This document shows positions 10,102 to 19,167 of a stretch of 64,000 bases of DNA, one piece after another. Source of the DNA: an uncultured virus (IMG/VR IMGVR_UViG_3300011813_000035) (Duplodnaviria; Heunggongvirae; Uroviricota; Caudoviricetes); IMG/VR virus record IMGVR_UViG_3300011813_000035, positions 62,001 to 126,000 of that record. One strand, 5' to 3'. A program made the position numbers and the translations under genes. Each line of letters starts with the position of its first letter. The stretch's first letter is position 1. The notes under the pieces were generated by a model. It did no database searches and was not told the origin of the DNA. It saw only the letters and a list, made by a program, of their open reading frames with translations.

Positions 10102-10833
10102 ATGAAGAAATTAGTAACATTTATTATAACTAGCTTATTGACTTGTGGTCTTACTAGCTGCTCTACAAAAGATTCGCAACAAAGTGTTCCGGATATCTCA
10201 ACCAGCGAAGTATCTTTGTCGACTACTTCAGCAAATGAGCCTAGTATCTCAATAGAAACATCAGATGAATCCCTCCAGAATCCACTAAAGGCATACAATG
10301 ATGTTTTACAAAATAAAGCTAAATTTAATACTACATTTTACGCAGAAGATGCGACAAAAACATTATTTTTGAATCAACTTCTAAGTAATGGATCAGAAAC
10401 ATTCAAGATTCTGAATTTTTCTGTCTTGGATATGGACGGAGATGAGACACCAGAAGTAGTTGTACAATATTGCTTATCTGCCGATTCTCCGTACCCTGAT
10501 TACGTAGAAGTACTGCATTACAACAACGGTACCATGTATGGTTATAATTTCAGTTACAGGGGTTTGTATGGATTGAAGGATGATGGAACGTTTTGTTGGT
10601 CAAATGGTTCAGATGATAATGGGTGTGCTAAATTACGATTTACGTCTAATGCTTATGAATATGATAACATGGGATTTACCAAACCAGACGTTTCTACTTC
10701 CTATTTTGTAAATAATCAACCGGTTAATAAGAACGAATACAATGATTTTATAGATAATCAAAATAATAAGAAAGATGTAACTTGGCTTGATTTTACCGAT
10801 GAAAATATTCACAATCAACTTTCTGCGAATTAA
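10102..10833 (+). CDS. Lipoprotein
   Basis: Signal peptide with lipobox LTSC, Ser/Thr-rich linker, 'DMDGDETPE' Ca-binding-like loop; terminator at ~10888-10928. Confidence 0.75.
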   Translation: MKKLVTFIITSLLTCGLTSCSTKDSQQSVPDISTSEVSLSTTSANEPSISIETSDESLQNPLKAYNDVLQNKAKFNTTFYAEDATKTLFLNQLLSNGSETFKILNFSVLDMDGDETPEVVVQYCLSADSPYPDYVEVLHYNNGTMYGYNFSYRGLYGLKDDGTFCWSNGSDDNGCAKLRFTSNAYEYDNMGFTKPDVSTSYFVNNQPVNKNEYNDFIDNQNNKKDVTWLDFTDENIHNQLSAN

Positions 10834-10965
10834 TAATTGGGTCAGGTAAACAAAATACTTATAATGCGAAGTCAATAAATTGTAAAGAAAACTACTAGCT
10901 AATTAATAATTAAGTTAGTAGTTTTTTTATTGCAATAAATACAAGATTTAATCGGAGGAAGGTAT

Positions 10966-11166
10966 ATGGAAGAGGTAACACTTGAATATGGGTTGTATCT
11001 GGTAGAAACAGAACATATAAAATTAAAGTCTGATGGATTAGAATCAAATGAATATATAGAATGGATAAATGGAAAAGGAATTTGTTATGAAGATGGTTGT
11101 TTAATTGGTGAAAATCATCGTAGTGCGTTTATTAGGTTAAATAGCCTAGAATGGACTCACAAATGA
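10966..11166 (+). CDS. Hypothetical protein
   Basis: GGAGG RBS after the palindrome at 10936. Confidence 0.55.
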   Translation: MEEVTLEYGLYLVETEHIKLKSDGLESNEYIEWINGKGICYEDGCLIGENHRSAFIRLNSLEWTHK

Positions 11167-11468
11167 AGGAGTGGTAGAGATCCACGCCATGGAAGGAACA
11201 CAGGATAGTGTTATATGCGATTTAGGGGCCGCTTGTGTAAAGACGGTGTTACTGGTGGCAAATGATGGGGCTAAATCAAAAGAAGAAGTATTAATCAGAA
11301 ATGGTATGTTGATGCGCCAACTCGTAGAATATTTGGACAGATCGATAGAAATGTCGAATCAGGTAGGTAATGAAAACTGATATTTGGAAGATAAGTAAAT
11401 AGTACATTGACAATCGAATATGATAGTTGGATAATAGGTGTATATTACATAGTATATGGAGGATTTTC

Positions 11469-11990
11469 ATGCCTGAAATAATTATAGCTATTGTTACTGC
11501 GGTTTTGTCTTTTCTTTTTGGAATAGTAACAAATGAATTTAAACATAAAAAAAATTTAAGTTTAGAGATATCCCGAAAAAGATACGAATTATACATGGAG
11601 ATTTATAGACTCATAGATTATAGCATTAAGGAGCCTAAACTTGTATTCGAGGACTCTTACCTCAAGAAATTTGAAGACTATAATCCGAGAATGAAACTTA
11701 TTGCATCAAAAAATGCAAACCTTGAATATATAATATTTTTGGATTATTTAAGCTATAAAATACAAGAGTTTAAAAATTTTAGCTATGACAACAACCCGCT
11801 AAAAGGTAAAATAGAAGAGGAATTTACTGGTATTGATCCTCAAGAGTTAGAAGATTATGAAAATATGAAATTTAATTTCCCGTTAAACAATGCTCCTGAA
11901 AGTGATAAAATACAAGATCTTGCAAACAGTCTATTAGTGGAAATGCAAGTAGATATCGGAGCGACTAGTAGATTAAAAAAAATTATGTGA
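11469..11990 (+). CDS. N-terminally membrane-anchored hypothetical protein (moron)
   Basis: Own TTGACA-N17-GATAAT promoter (~11407-11435), GGAGG RBS, terminator at ~12026-12063. Confidence 0.7.
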   Translation: MPEIIIAIVTAVLSFLFGIVTNEFKHKKNLSLEISRKRYELYMEIYRLIDYSIKEPKLVFEDSYLKKFEDYNPRMKLIASKNANLEYIIFLDYLSYKIQEFKNFSYDNNPLKGKIEEEFTGIDPQELEDYENMKFNFPLNNAPESDKIQDLANSLLVEMQVDIGATSRLKKIM

Positions 11991-12592
11991 ATGGCTTGAA
12001 AAATTATTTATAAGATGATTAACAAAAAACCAACTATCAATATTCGGTAGTTGGTTTTATTTTACCATAAGACAAATGAATTAGATTGATAAAAGAACTA
12101 TTTTAAGGAGAATAATATTATGGGATTTTTAACAAATTTATTGATATCGACAGGATTCACTACAGGGGTTTTAGAACCATCAAGTAAACCAAAGGATTTA
12201 GATGCTCTGACAAGAGATAACTTGAGCGGGGAATACACAAAGGCAGAGATGAGAAGAAGATTAAATATGGGTTATTATGATAAAAAAGACTAATTGTAAC
12301 TATGTGAGCCACTGGATGATAAAAATCTGGTGGCTTTTGTATTATCCAAATAGTATAATGGAGGAAGATAAAAATGAATGGCTTAGATGGATATAAGATG
12401 GTTGGAACATTTGTTTGTGGTGATATATTAATGGTAATTATCGAAGCAATACACGGGACTCATGTAATGACGTCTGATGAATGGGAGAAAAAGCTTAGAA
12501 TGGGAACAGACTCCTACAGGAGTGCAGTACTTTCGAAAAGAGAATAATGTAGCGTAGAGTTGAAAGGATTGTTTTATTGATGGGGGGTAAAT

Positions 12593-12859
12593 ATGGGAGA
12601 TATAAGAGAAGACGGAGAATTGTTAAAACTAGTTCACAATGAAAAGGTGAAGAAGACACCAGACAGGATCGAATATGCTATTAAACAGTTTGAAGAAAAT
12701 GGCATTGAGTACCGGTTGCTTAATGAGTCAACAGGACACTTTCATTGTTGGGGGAAGCGTGATAGAAGTCTGTATCAGTTTTGGGCTGGAACTGGAAAAA
12801 TAATGGGTCATGATAATATCAGAGGTATTAGCTCAATTATCGAAGAACTGTTGAAATGA
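12593..12859 (+). CDS. Conserved phage hypothetical protein
   Basis: Bounded by palindromes at 12561 and 12852. Confidence 0.65.
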   Translation: MGDIREDGELLKLVHNEKVKKTPDRIEYAIKQFEENGIEYRLLNESTGHFHCWGKRDRSLYQFWAGTGKIMGHDNIRGISSIIEELLK

Positions 12860-12878
12860 TTATTTTAAGTGGGGGATT

Positions 12879-13751
12879 ATGGGAACGAAAAAACAACATT
12901 ATGTGCCGCAGGCTTATCTTGAGAATTTTACAGTCACTGAGCAAATTTGGGTTTATAATAGAGTAAATAGAAAAATATATAAAAGTAATATTAGAGACAC
13001 ATGTGAAAAGAATCATTTATATGAAACAGAGTGGGAAAATAGCCCTAACGATAATAAATTTGTGCAGTATAATGCGATAGAAAATACATTTTCAGACGCA
13101 GAGGGCAGATATGCGGATATACTTAAAAAAGTTATATCTATTTGTAATAATAATGATAATCGGAATGCAATAATACTAAGATCTTCTGAGAAAAAAGCCC
13201 TGGCTAATTTAATAAGTAATTTGTTTGTTAGGAATCCAGTTATTTTAGATGTGTTTATGGATGGGATTGGTGATACGAAAGAGATTTCTGAATTAATGCC
13301 ATATAAGGAATTATTTAATGCACTGGGTGTTTCAGAGTCTGAACCTTTTTTTTTAGCGGCATATAAGAATACAATTACTTTTGAAGAAATTGAAGGATCG
13401 TGGCCTAATATTATCAAAAACTGCATACTTGACATGTACGTATATATATTAAAGTGTCCAGATGGGTTGGAATTTGTGACTGCGTCATTTCCTATCAGAT
13501 ACACAACAAAAGACTTGCAGAGGGATGAATTTATTCTAAATTCCTTGTATGTACCAATAACGCCCTGTTTTGCACTATTGTATTTAGATAAAAAAGTGCC
13601 TGGACGAACAAATAAAATATTTGAAATACAAGAGAAAATGGTAAATAACTTAAATCTTGATTATTTGAAATTTGATTTAAACCGCTCTTATTTAATCTTA
13701 TCTCATAATAAGGAACTCTTAGAGGAGTTAAAAAATAAAGAGCTTGAGTAG
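12879..13751 (+). CDS. DUF4238-family protein
   Basis: N-terminal 'QHYVPQAYL' signature; 'F.T..FP' and 'PITP' motifs. Confidence 0.75.
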   Translation: MGTKKQHYVPQAYLENFTVTEQIWVYNRVNRKIYKSNIRDTCEKNHLYETEWENSPNDNKFVQYNAIENTFSDAEGRYADILKKVISICNNNDNRNAIILRSSEKKALANLISNLFVRNPVILDVFMDGIGDTKEISELMPYKELFNALGVSESEPFFLAAYKNTITFEEIEGSWPNIIKNCILDMYVYILKCPDGLEFVTASFPIRYTTKDLQRDEFILNSLYVPITPCFALLYLDKKVPGRTNKIFEIQEKMVNNLNLDYLKFDLNRSYLILSHNKELLEELKNKELE

Positions 13752-13874
13752 TAGAAATAAATAGTCAAAACATATTATATTAATGATACGGAAAACGAAT
13801 TCCAGTGCGTGTTTAACGAAATGCACGGGAATGTTATTGAGATAAGAATAGAATAAGAGCGAGGGGTAATCCAT

Positions 13875-14297
13875 ATGGATGAAGAAATAATTGAAAATTA
13901 TATTCCTTCTTATAATGACTTCTGTTTTAATTTTAGTCGCGGTGATTGCTACTTTGAGAAAAATGGAATATGTCCAGTTGAAGAAAATAAGGAAAAGTTA
14001 TTGAATAGTGTTATATATGACACAAGTTGTAAGTGCGAAAGTTTAATGCAGAACATAATAGAGAATGGATTCCATGAACGTACTAAAGAATGCGAGATAC
14101 TGGTTATAAGAACTGAACCGTGTGGGAAATATTCTTTTAATAATGGAAGACATAGAACGTGCGCCGCGTCTAAATTAAATGTACCAATAAAAATCCACAT
14201 CGCCAATGATGAATGTCGTTGCGTGTGCGACCAAGCTTCTGATATTGAAGCGGTTGAAATCGAAATTAGTAGGGGAATAAGTATAGATGAAATTTGA
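13875..14297 (+). CDS. Cys-rich protein with a ParB/Srx-like motif
   Basis: 'YSFNNGRHRTCAA' resembles the ParB DG.HR motif. Confidence 0.55.
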   Translation: MDEEIIENYIPSYNDFCFNFSRGDCYFEKNGICPVEENKEKLLNSVIYDTSCKCESLMQNIIENGFHERTKECEILVIRTEPCGKYSFNNGRHRTCAASKLNVPIKIHIANDECRCVCDQASDIEAVEIEISRGISIDEI

Positions 14298-14856
14298 GTT
14301 TGATTGGAGTATGATGGAAGAAAAAATAATTCAATTATTTTTCCCCAAATTTTATGGGCGCTATTTAATATATAAAGAACTAAAAAGACCAATAAATGTT
14401 AATCCAATACGTAATTATGAGAAAGTCTTTAATGCGATAAAAAAGGATGAAGTTGATGTATTAGGTATAGAGATGAATAGAGCTGATGAGTACGTAATCG
14501 TTACTAAACGATACATTGATAATGTACTATATATAATGCTATATGGCCCATCTTACATAAATAACCATCCACGAATTATGGCAGAAGTCTGTACGTTAAA
14601 AACAGAAAAATTTATTAAAATTTCGGATATTAATATGATAGATAATGAAATTGGAAATGGTTCAATATGTATGGAATATTTTCTTAAAGAAGCTAGAAAT
14701 ACCTCTGTAAATCATATCGATGGATATTTATCGCTAGGTGATATTGACCATTTTGACAGATTGGAACATTTCTATCTTAAGTATGGATTTTTGGTGAAAT
14801 TTAGTCCAAACAGATCATCTGGTGATTTAAAGTTAAGTTTTATTGATAAAATCTAA
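14287..14856 (+). CDS. GNAT-like acetyltransferase
   Basis: 'EIGNGS' acetyl-CoA loop-like motif and 'HFYLKYGF'. Confidence 0.6.
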   Translation: MKFEFDWSMMEEKIIQLFFPKFYGRYLIYKELKRPINVNPIRNYEKVFNAIKKDEVDVLGIEMNRADEYVIVTKRYIDNVLYIMLYGPSYINNHPRIMAEVCTLKTEKFIKISDINMIDNEIGNGSICMEYFLKEARNTSVNHIDGYLSLGDIDHFDRLEHFYLKYGFLVKFSPNRSSGDLKLSFIDKI

Positions 14857-14875
14857 GTTTGAAGGAGGATTGTAT

Positions 14876-15124
14876 ATGGAGATTACAAGCATAATGCCTG
14901 CAATTAAGGTAACCAAAGAAAATAATATGATGGGTAGCGAAGAGTATTTTTCTTTGGGGAGTCGAATTAAAGTCACAGACTTGGAGGGTGAGGAATTTAT
15001 AGGAGTTCTTATATGTATGGATTTAGCAGAGGGTGAAGAAGACGATATTCTTTTATTAGATGTGGCTGGTGAAAATGTTGAGATACAATGCGTTAATATA
15101 AAAAATATAGAGTATAGCAGATAA
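14876..15124 (+). CDS. Acidic hypothetical protein (Sm-like/beta-rich)
   Basis: AAGGAGG RBS; bounded by palindromes at 14847 and 15122. Confidence 0.6.
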   Translation: MEITSIMPAIKVTKENNMMGSEEYFSLGSRIKVTDLEGEEFIGVLICMDLAEGEEDDILLLDVAGENVEIQCVNIKNIEYSR

Positions 15125-15159
15125 AATCATCGTTTTATTACATAAGAAAGGAAGATATA

Positions 15160-15417
15160 ATGGAATTTTATTTTAATACAATAGGGGCAGAGCTGCACCT
15201 ATATAGAGAAGACGGATTCTTTGACCAGGATTTAGGAAAAATTACAGAGACGTTTACCGGAAAACTTAAAACCAATAATTTTTTAGGAGAAAATTTTGAG
15301 CTGGAGGATATATCTGGTCTCTTTTCAAAAGGTGAGAAATATTCAATCAAGAGCTCAAATGGATTTGAGGGTGTTATTGTAAAAAGAGGACTTAGTGATA
15401 GGTATGTATTAAAATAA
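15160..15417 (+). CDS. Hypothetical protein
   Basis: AAAGGA RBS. Confidence 0.6.
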   Translation: MEFYFNTIGAELHLYREDGFFDQDLGKITETFTGKLKTNNFLGENFELEDISGLFSKGEKYSIKSSNGFEGVIVKRGLSDRYVLK

Positions 15418-15549
15418 AATAAGCTATCAACATGATAAACTATGTGGAAAAAACATTATAGATAGTTAGAAGGCATTGGAGAATTATAGTCCAGTGCCTT
15501 TTATAGTGTCTATAAGGTAGATTGAGTGTCGGGAAAGGACTGAGAATAT

Positions 15550-16335
15550 ATGCAAGCACAAACAATTGAAAATTATCAAGATAATATAGTTCAATTAGAG
15601 GTAGTAAAAAAGTTAAAACAGAATCCTAAATTAAAAACTGACGGCATGGAAAAACAGACTCCTAATAATAATTCGGTTAATCGTTGGGTACATCCAATAA
15701 GAGAATTATCGGATGTGAAAAAGTGTATTGAATACCTACATGATAAAGCATTATCGTCAAAAAGATTAGATACACAAAGAGCTGCATATCGTGATTGGTT
15801 TTTATTCGTGGTTGGAATTAACGTAGGATTGCGTGTATCTGATTTAACTCATCTCAGATGGGATAATGTTTTTGAATCGGACATGAAAACGTTTGTCGAT
15901 GGAAGAAATAAGGAAGAACAGAAAACTGGTAAACTGAAATTGATCTGCCCAAATGAATATATAAAAAAAGTTGTAAAGGAGTACCTATATTTTTCAGATA
16001 CAAATCCGAAAGCCGGTGAACATGTATTTTTAAAAGGACGAAAGAACAAGGATAACACATATTCTCCTATCTCAGATGCAACAGTAGAGAAAATGATTAA
16101 GGAAGTGACAAAGGCTTATGGTATAAAAGGTAACTATAACACACATAGCTTACGAAAAACATACGCCTATCATAAATACATGATGTACGTGAAGAATGGA
16201 GATCCACTTGCCCTGGTTAAAGTTCAGAAGGATTTGAATCATCGGAATAGCAGTGATACGGCTAGGTATCTTGGAATTACGAGAGATGAGCAGATTAAAA
16301 GCAGTATGGAACTTGGAGAATATTGGGATTTATGA
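15550..16335 (+). CDS. Tyrosine recombinase (catalytic-domain-sized)
   Basis: Full catalytic set: R (GLRVSD), K (EQKTG), HxxR (HSLRK), H (LNH), Y (ARYL). Confidence 0.9.
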   Translation: MQAQTIENYQDNIVQLEVVKKLKQNPKLKTDGMEKQTPNNNSVNRWVHPIRELSDVKKCIEYLHDKALSSKRLDTQRAAYRDWFLFVVGINVGLRVSDLTHLRWDNVFESDMKTFVDGRNKEEQKTGKLKLICPNEYIKKVVKEYLYFSDTNPKAGEHVFLKGRKNKDNTYSPISDATVEKMIKEVTKAYGIKGNYNTHSLRKTYAYHKYMMYVKNGDPLALVKVQKDLNHRNSSDTARYLGITRDEQIKSSMELGEYWDL

Positions 16336-16371
16336 TAGAATATAATTAAGCAGTGTGATAAAATATAAGTT

Positions 16372-16575
16372 ATGAATAATGATAAGCAAACAAATGAAAA
16401 GCGAAAAGCGAGGACAGTGGTGGAGAATTTCATTAATAAACCAATTCCACATGAGTGGACACACGACGATATTATTCGGGATTATGAGAAGTGCCAGGAT
16501 AAGAAGAAGGTGGCTGCTATATGGAGGATTAGCGTTAAGGAAGTCAATGAGGTGCTGAAACAGGTTAAAGCCTGA
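16372..16575 (+). CDS. Small HTH-like protein
   Basis: 'KKVAAIWRISVKEV' HTH-like pattern. Confidence 0.5.
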   Translation: MNNDKQTNEKRKARTVVENFINKPIPHEWTHDDIIRDYEKCQDKKKVAAIWRISVKEVNEVLKQVKA

Positions 16576-16604
16576 TCTCACACCGTCAATTATAGGGAGG
16601 GGGA

Positions 16605-17540
16605 ATGAAGATGAAAATGTCAAGGAAAAGTATCTTAGGAATATTAATTGCTTTATTAACAGCGGGTTCAATCACATCTTACGGATATGTGAGTAAAGCC
16701 AGTGATGTTGCAGTTGGCAGCACCAATGCTATTGTTAAAACCAGTAGCGCCGGAGGAAACTCCACACTAACAAATAACGGTGAATCAATAGAATATAATG
16801 GAAATTTATATAAAATTATAAAAGTAGACGGTGGCGACTTATCCGGAAGTAGGCAATCAAACGTAGCTGTTGATATTGGTTTTGGAGACAGAGTATACTG
16901 GGCATTTACAAATGGCTACGGGCAATTGGTATATGTGACGGCAGATAAAATCACTTTACAAAACAATTCCACCGAACCAGTTAATAGAGACGGGAGATAT
17001 TATCCTGACGAAGCCAAGGTTCCAGGGACAGAACAGAAAGATCTAGATGAGGGGCATGTTATTGCTGATTCATTGGGAGGGGTTTCAAATGCTTATAATA
17101 TAACGCCTCAAAATAGCACTTTAAACAGACATGGCGATCAAGCGTACATGGAAAAAGTAATCAGAGATGCAGGTGGGTGCGAGAATTTCGTTGCCACTAT
17201 TACATATCCAGATACAACAACACAAATCCCCTCGCATTATCATTATGAATATGTGCTTAATGGGAATAAAATTATAGATGATTTTGATAATGTCAATTCG
17301 GATGAAGTAAATGCAACAATCAATACCCAAGCAGGTATGACCGAATCCACTGCTGTTACGACGACTGAAGCTACAACTACGAATGATCAAAATGATCTTT
17401 CGAAGATTGATACAAATGGAAACGGGAAGGTGACTATCGCCGAAGCAGAAGCCGCTGGTTATGCAATGCCTATTTACTCCGACCACTGGTTATATAAGTA
17501 TATGGACGATAGAGATCATGATGGAATGGTAGGAGAGTAG
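16605..17540 (+). CDS. Secreted DNA/RNA non-specific endonuclease with C-terminal EF-hand/Excalibur-like Ca-binding motifs
   Basis: Signal peptide, 'DEGHVIADSLGG...NITPQ...LN' active site, 'DTNGNGKVT' and 'DRDHDGMVGE'. Confidence 0.85.
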   Translation: MKMKMSRKSILGILIALLTAGSITSYGYVSKASDVAVGSTNAIVKTSSAGGNSTLTNNGESIEYNGNLYKIIKVDGGDLSGSRQSNVAVDIGFGDRVYWAFTNGYGQLVYVTADKITLQNNSTEPVNRDGRYYPDEAKVPGTEQKDLDEGHVIADSLGGVSNAYNITPQNSTLNRHGDQAYMEKVIRDAGGCENFVATITYPDTTTQIPSHYHYEYVLNGNKIIDDFDNVNSDEVNATINTQAGMTESTAVTTTEATTTNDQNDLSKIDTNGNGKVTIAEAEAAGYAMPIYSDHWLYKYMDDRDHDGMVGE

Positions 17541-17579
17541 AATCGATTAAAGAACTGTTTCAATAGAAAAGACGATAGG

Positions 17580-17864
17580 TTATTTACTATCGTCTTTATT
17601 TAATGCTTTATAGTAAGCAAGCAATCGTCTAACTGTCGGGTCTTCAGAAACAATAATGTCATTTGGAGTACAATCTAGTACACAACAGATTGACTCAAGA
17701 ATATCAAAGTTTATACTTGATGTTTCTCCATTGTAAATTTTAAGGGCAGCTATTCTTTCTATCCCAATAGCTTTAGCGAATTGACTTATATTAGCCTGAC
17801 CAGCGAATTTTCCAGTAGTATGTGCAAATTTTTTATCGACCAAACCTTGAATGTTTAACCGCAC
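17580..17864 (-). CDS. XRE/Cro-CI family transcriptional regulator
   Basis: HTH plus 'LESICCVLDCTPNDII'. Confidence 0.85.
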   Translation of the reverse strand: MRLNIQGLVDKKFAHTTGKFAGQANISQFAKAIGIERIAALKIYNGETSSINFDILESICCVLDCTPNDIIVSEDPTVRRLLAYYKALNKDDSK

Positions 17865-17890
17865 GTTATCAACTCCATTCTTTTATATTC

Positions 17891-17981
17891 TTGACAATAC
17901 ATACTGTAACATATAATCTTTGGAAAATAAATATATTTTTGACAATATGTAGTTGACAATACATACCAGAAGATATATAAT
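17891..17981 (+). promoter_or_regulatory. Consensus sigma-A promoter with repeated operator-like TTGACAATA boxes
   Basis: TTGACA(17953)-N17-TATAAT(17976). TTGACAATA occurs at 17891, 17939 and 17953; the 14-bp direct repeat TTGACAATACATAC at 17891 and 17953. Confidence 0.8.
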
Positions 17982-18032
17982 GTGGAATATAGAGGAAAAC
18001 GGTGGTTAAAAGAAAGGAGAATGCGTAATATT

Positions 18033-18389
18033 ATGACACAAGACTTAAAGAGATACGATGTTGTACTTGTGGATTTTGGAAAAGAAACAATTGGCTCTGA
18101 GCAAGGTGGATTACGCCCAGCGGTTATCATACAAAACGACACCGGGAATCTACATAGCGGTACTACCATTGTTTTTCCATTCACAACTCAACTCAAACGC
18201 CTTAATCAGCCGACGCATACTCTTATTGCTAAAGGAAAGCATAAAGGGTTGGTTGAGGATTCTATGGTATTAGGTGAGGCCATTAGACAGATAGATCAGA
18301 AAAGAATACAAGAATATCTTGGTACAATAACCGACATTAATGAAAGGAATGAAATTAAGCGTGTGTATGACGCAAATTTCGGAGAATAG
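18033..18389 (+). CDS. mazF: MazF/PemK-family endoribonuclease (alternative start 18021)
   Basis: 'GSEQGGLRPAVIIQND.GN' signature. Confidence 0.85.
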   Translation: MTQDLKRYDVVLVDFGKETIGSEQGGLRPAVIIQNDTGNLHSGTTIVFPFTTQLKRLNQPTHTLIAKGKHKGLVEDSMVLGEAIRQIDQKRIQEYLGTITDINERNEIKRVYDANFGE

Positions 18390-18397
18390 GTGATTAA

Positions 18398-18679
18398 ATG
18401 CATTATATTGAAATGACCATAGAAGAAGCAAATGAATATTATAGAGGGACAAAAGGAAAGACGGTATTAGTAGCTGTACAGGATTTAGAAAAAGACGATG
18501 TTGTAGAATTTACAAAACGAAACAAAGATGATTGTGTGAATATCATATGTGAAGCTGAAACAATTGCAAGAGTATATGATGATTTCATTAATCAATTGAG
18601 GGTTTTCACTGAAAAGCAATCAGATATAAGGAATATTATGCCACGAGGTAAGTTAAGTACAATATTGTTAAAGGAGTAA
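18398..18679 (+). CDS. Hypothetical protein co-transcribed with the MazF-like gene
   Basis: AGGTGA RBS. Confidence 0.65.
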   Translation: MHYIEMTIEEANEYYRGTKGKTVLVAVQDLEKDDVVEFTKRNKDDCVNIICEAETIARVYDDFINQLRVFTEKQSDIRNIMPRGKLSTILLKE

Positions 18680-18691
18680 TTTTGAAAAAAG

Positions 18692-18752
18692 CAAATATAT
18701 GTTCGAAAAATGTCAAATTTTGCTTGACTAGCACATATGTTCGATGTATAAT
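18692..18752 (+). promoter_or_regulatory. Sigma-A promoter overlapped by LexA/SOS-box-like sites
   Basis: TTGACT(18724)-N17-TATAAT(18747) with TG just upstream. AGCAC-ATAT-GTTCG lies in the spacer (18730-18743) and CAAAT-ATAT-GTTCG at 18692-18705, against the Firmicute consensus CGAAC-N4-GTTCG. Confidence 0.7.
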
Positions 18753-18788
18753 CGAAACAGTTCAGAAGGCAAAGTATTCCAGACATAA

Positions 18789-18877
18789 AAATTGCAGTCT
18801 GTTTAGGATCATAGGTGTTGGCGCACCTCCTCAAAACAGACTGCAATTTACATAATTATACACAATACATAAATTCA
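18789..18877 (+). promoter_or_regulatory. TTGGCG-loop hairpin plus ACACAA..ATAAATTCA element (other copies at 30702-30760 and 52405-52463)
   Basis: Perfect 16-bp stem 18789-18804/18834-18849 with apical TTGGCG; the downstream box is shared by all three loci. Confidence 0.6.
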
Positions 18878-19024
18878 TTTCTTGGTCGAAGTGAATTTAA
18901 GAAATATAGCAGAAAGCTATACTTGATCTTATTTTACATAATTTTTTAGTAATAGTCAAGTATTTTCACTTTTTAGCATGTCTGCTAAGCGTTTCCTAGT
19001 AAAAAAAAGAGAATTTAAAAACAT

Positions 19025-19095
19025 AGCCGATTGGTGTAGTGGTAGCACAAGGCACTTTGACTGTCTTGGGGTGTGTTCGAGTCACGCATCGGTTG
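19025..19095 (+). tRNA. tRNA-Gln (anticodon TTG), CCA not encoded
   Basis: Cloverleaf: acceptor AGCCGAT/ATCGGTT, D-arm GTGT/GCAC, anticodon arm AGGCA-CTTTGAC-TGTCT, T-arm GTGTG-TTCGAGT-CACGC. Confidence 0.9.
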
Positions 19096-19167
19096 TTATT
19101 TTGGTCGGCAAAAAAAGCCAGACCTTAGTTAAAGTCGCTCATTAACAGAATTATAGGAGGATTTTAA

